From IMG/VR virus record IMGVR_UViG_2740892235_000012: a DNA stretch of 6,921 bases; one strand, 5' to 3'. Positions 6,703 through 6,921 of the stretch are shown here, in pieces (within the stretch, counting starts at the first letter, position 1; the number at the start of each line of letters is the position of its first letter). This stretch comes from a virus. Lineage: Duplodnaviria > Heunggongvirae > Uroviricota > Caudoviricetes. The notes under the pieces were generated by a model, which worked only from the letters and a program-made list of their open reading frames with translations, was not told the origin of the DNA and made no database searches. The position numbers were made by a program, and so were the translations under genes.

Positions 6703-6921
6703 ATGTTTCATTGTCCTTTATGCCAGCATGCCGCACATGCGCGTACAAGCCGCTATATCACTGACACGACAAAAGAGCGTTATCACCAGTGTCAGAACGT
6801 GAATTGCAGCGCCACGTTCATAACTTATGAGTCGGTACAGCGATACATCGTGAAGCCGGGAGAAGTCCACGCCGTAAGGCCGCACCCGTTGCCGTCAGGG
6901 CAGCAAATTATGTGGATGTAA
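6703..6921 (+). CDS. ogr: Late gene transcription activator Ogr (Cys4 zinc-finger protein), 72 aa
   Basis: The protein MFHCPLCQHAAHARTSRYITDTTKERYHQCQNVNCSATF... carries a C-X2-C-X22-C-X4-C motif (Cys 4, 7, 30, 35) characteristic of the Ogr/Delta family, with length and sequence as I recall P2 Ogr. The ATG at 6703 has a GAGG RBS. The ORF-track start at 6640 is a TTG lying inside the putative promoter. Stop TAA 6919-6921 is the last codon of the window. Confidence 0.9.
   Translation: MFHCPLCQHAAHARTSRYITDTTKERYHQCQNVNCSATFITYESVQRYIVKPGEVHAVRPHPLPSGQQIMWM

Noticed and set aside
1-6921. CRISPR arrays, tRNA/rRNA genes, insertion sequences, or a novel defence/accessory system
   Set aside because: I found no direct-repeat/spacer periodicity, no tRNA-like structures, no transposase-like ORFs and no unexplained coding capacity. 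The window is fully accounted for by the conserved P2-type tail operon and ogr.

Overview
This window is the late tail-gene module of a P2-like (Peduovirus-type) temperate myophage or prophage of an enterobacterium, with every gene on the + strand. In order: the 3' end of a tail fiber assembly gene (truncated by the window edge), a short AT-rich intergenic region with nested dyad symmetry (candidate late promoter PF), tail sheath FI, tail tube FII, a perfect hairpin, the E / E+E' pair linked by a -1 programmed frameshift, tape measure protein T, tail proteins U and D, a sigma70-like promoter, and the Cys4 zinc-finger late activator ogr, whose stop codon is the last base of the window. Gene identities rest on my recognition of the translated proteins and on lengths matching P2 (FI 396 aa, FII 172, E 91, E+E' 142, T 815, U 159, D 387, Ogr 72); no database search was run. 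I do not see a novel or undescribed system here: the window is almost entirely conserved structural genes, and the many antisense or alternate-frame ORFs in the track look like artefacts of GC-rich coding sequence. The points most worth a second look are the short Tfa-FI junction (the slot where P2 carries the Z/fun moron), the FII-E hairpin, the frameshift site, and a lysine-rich segment inside gpD.
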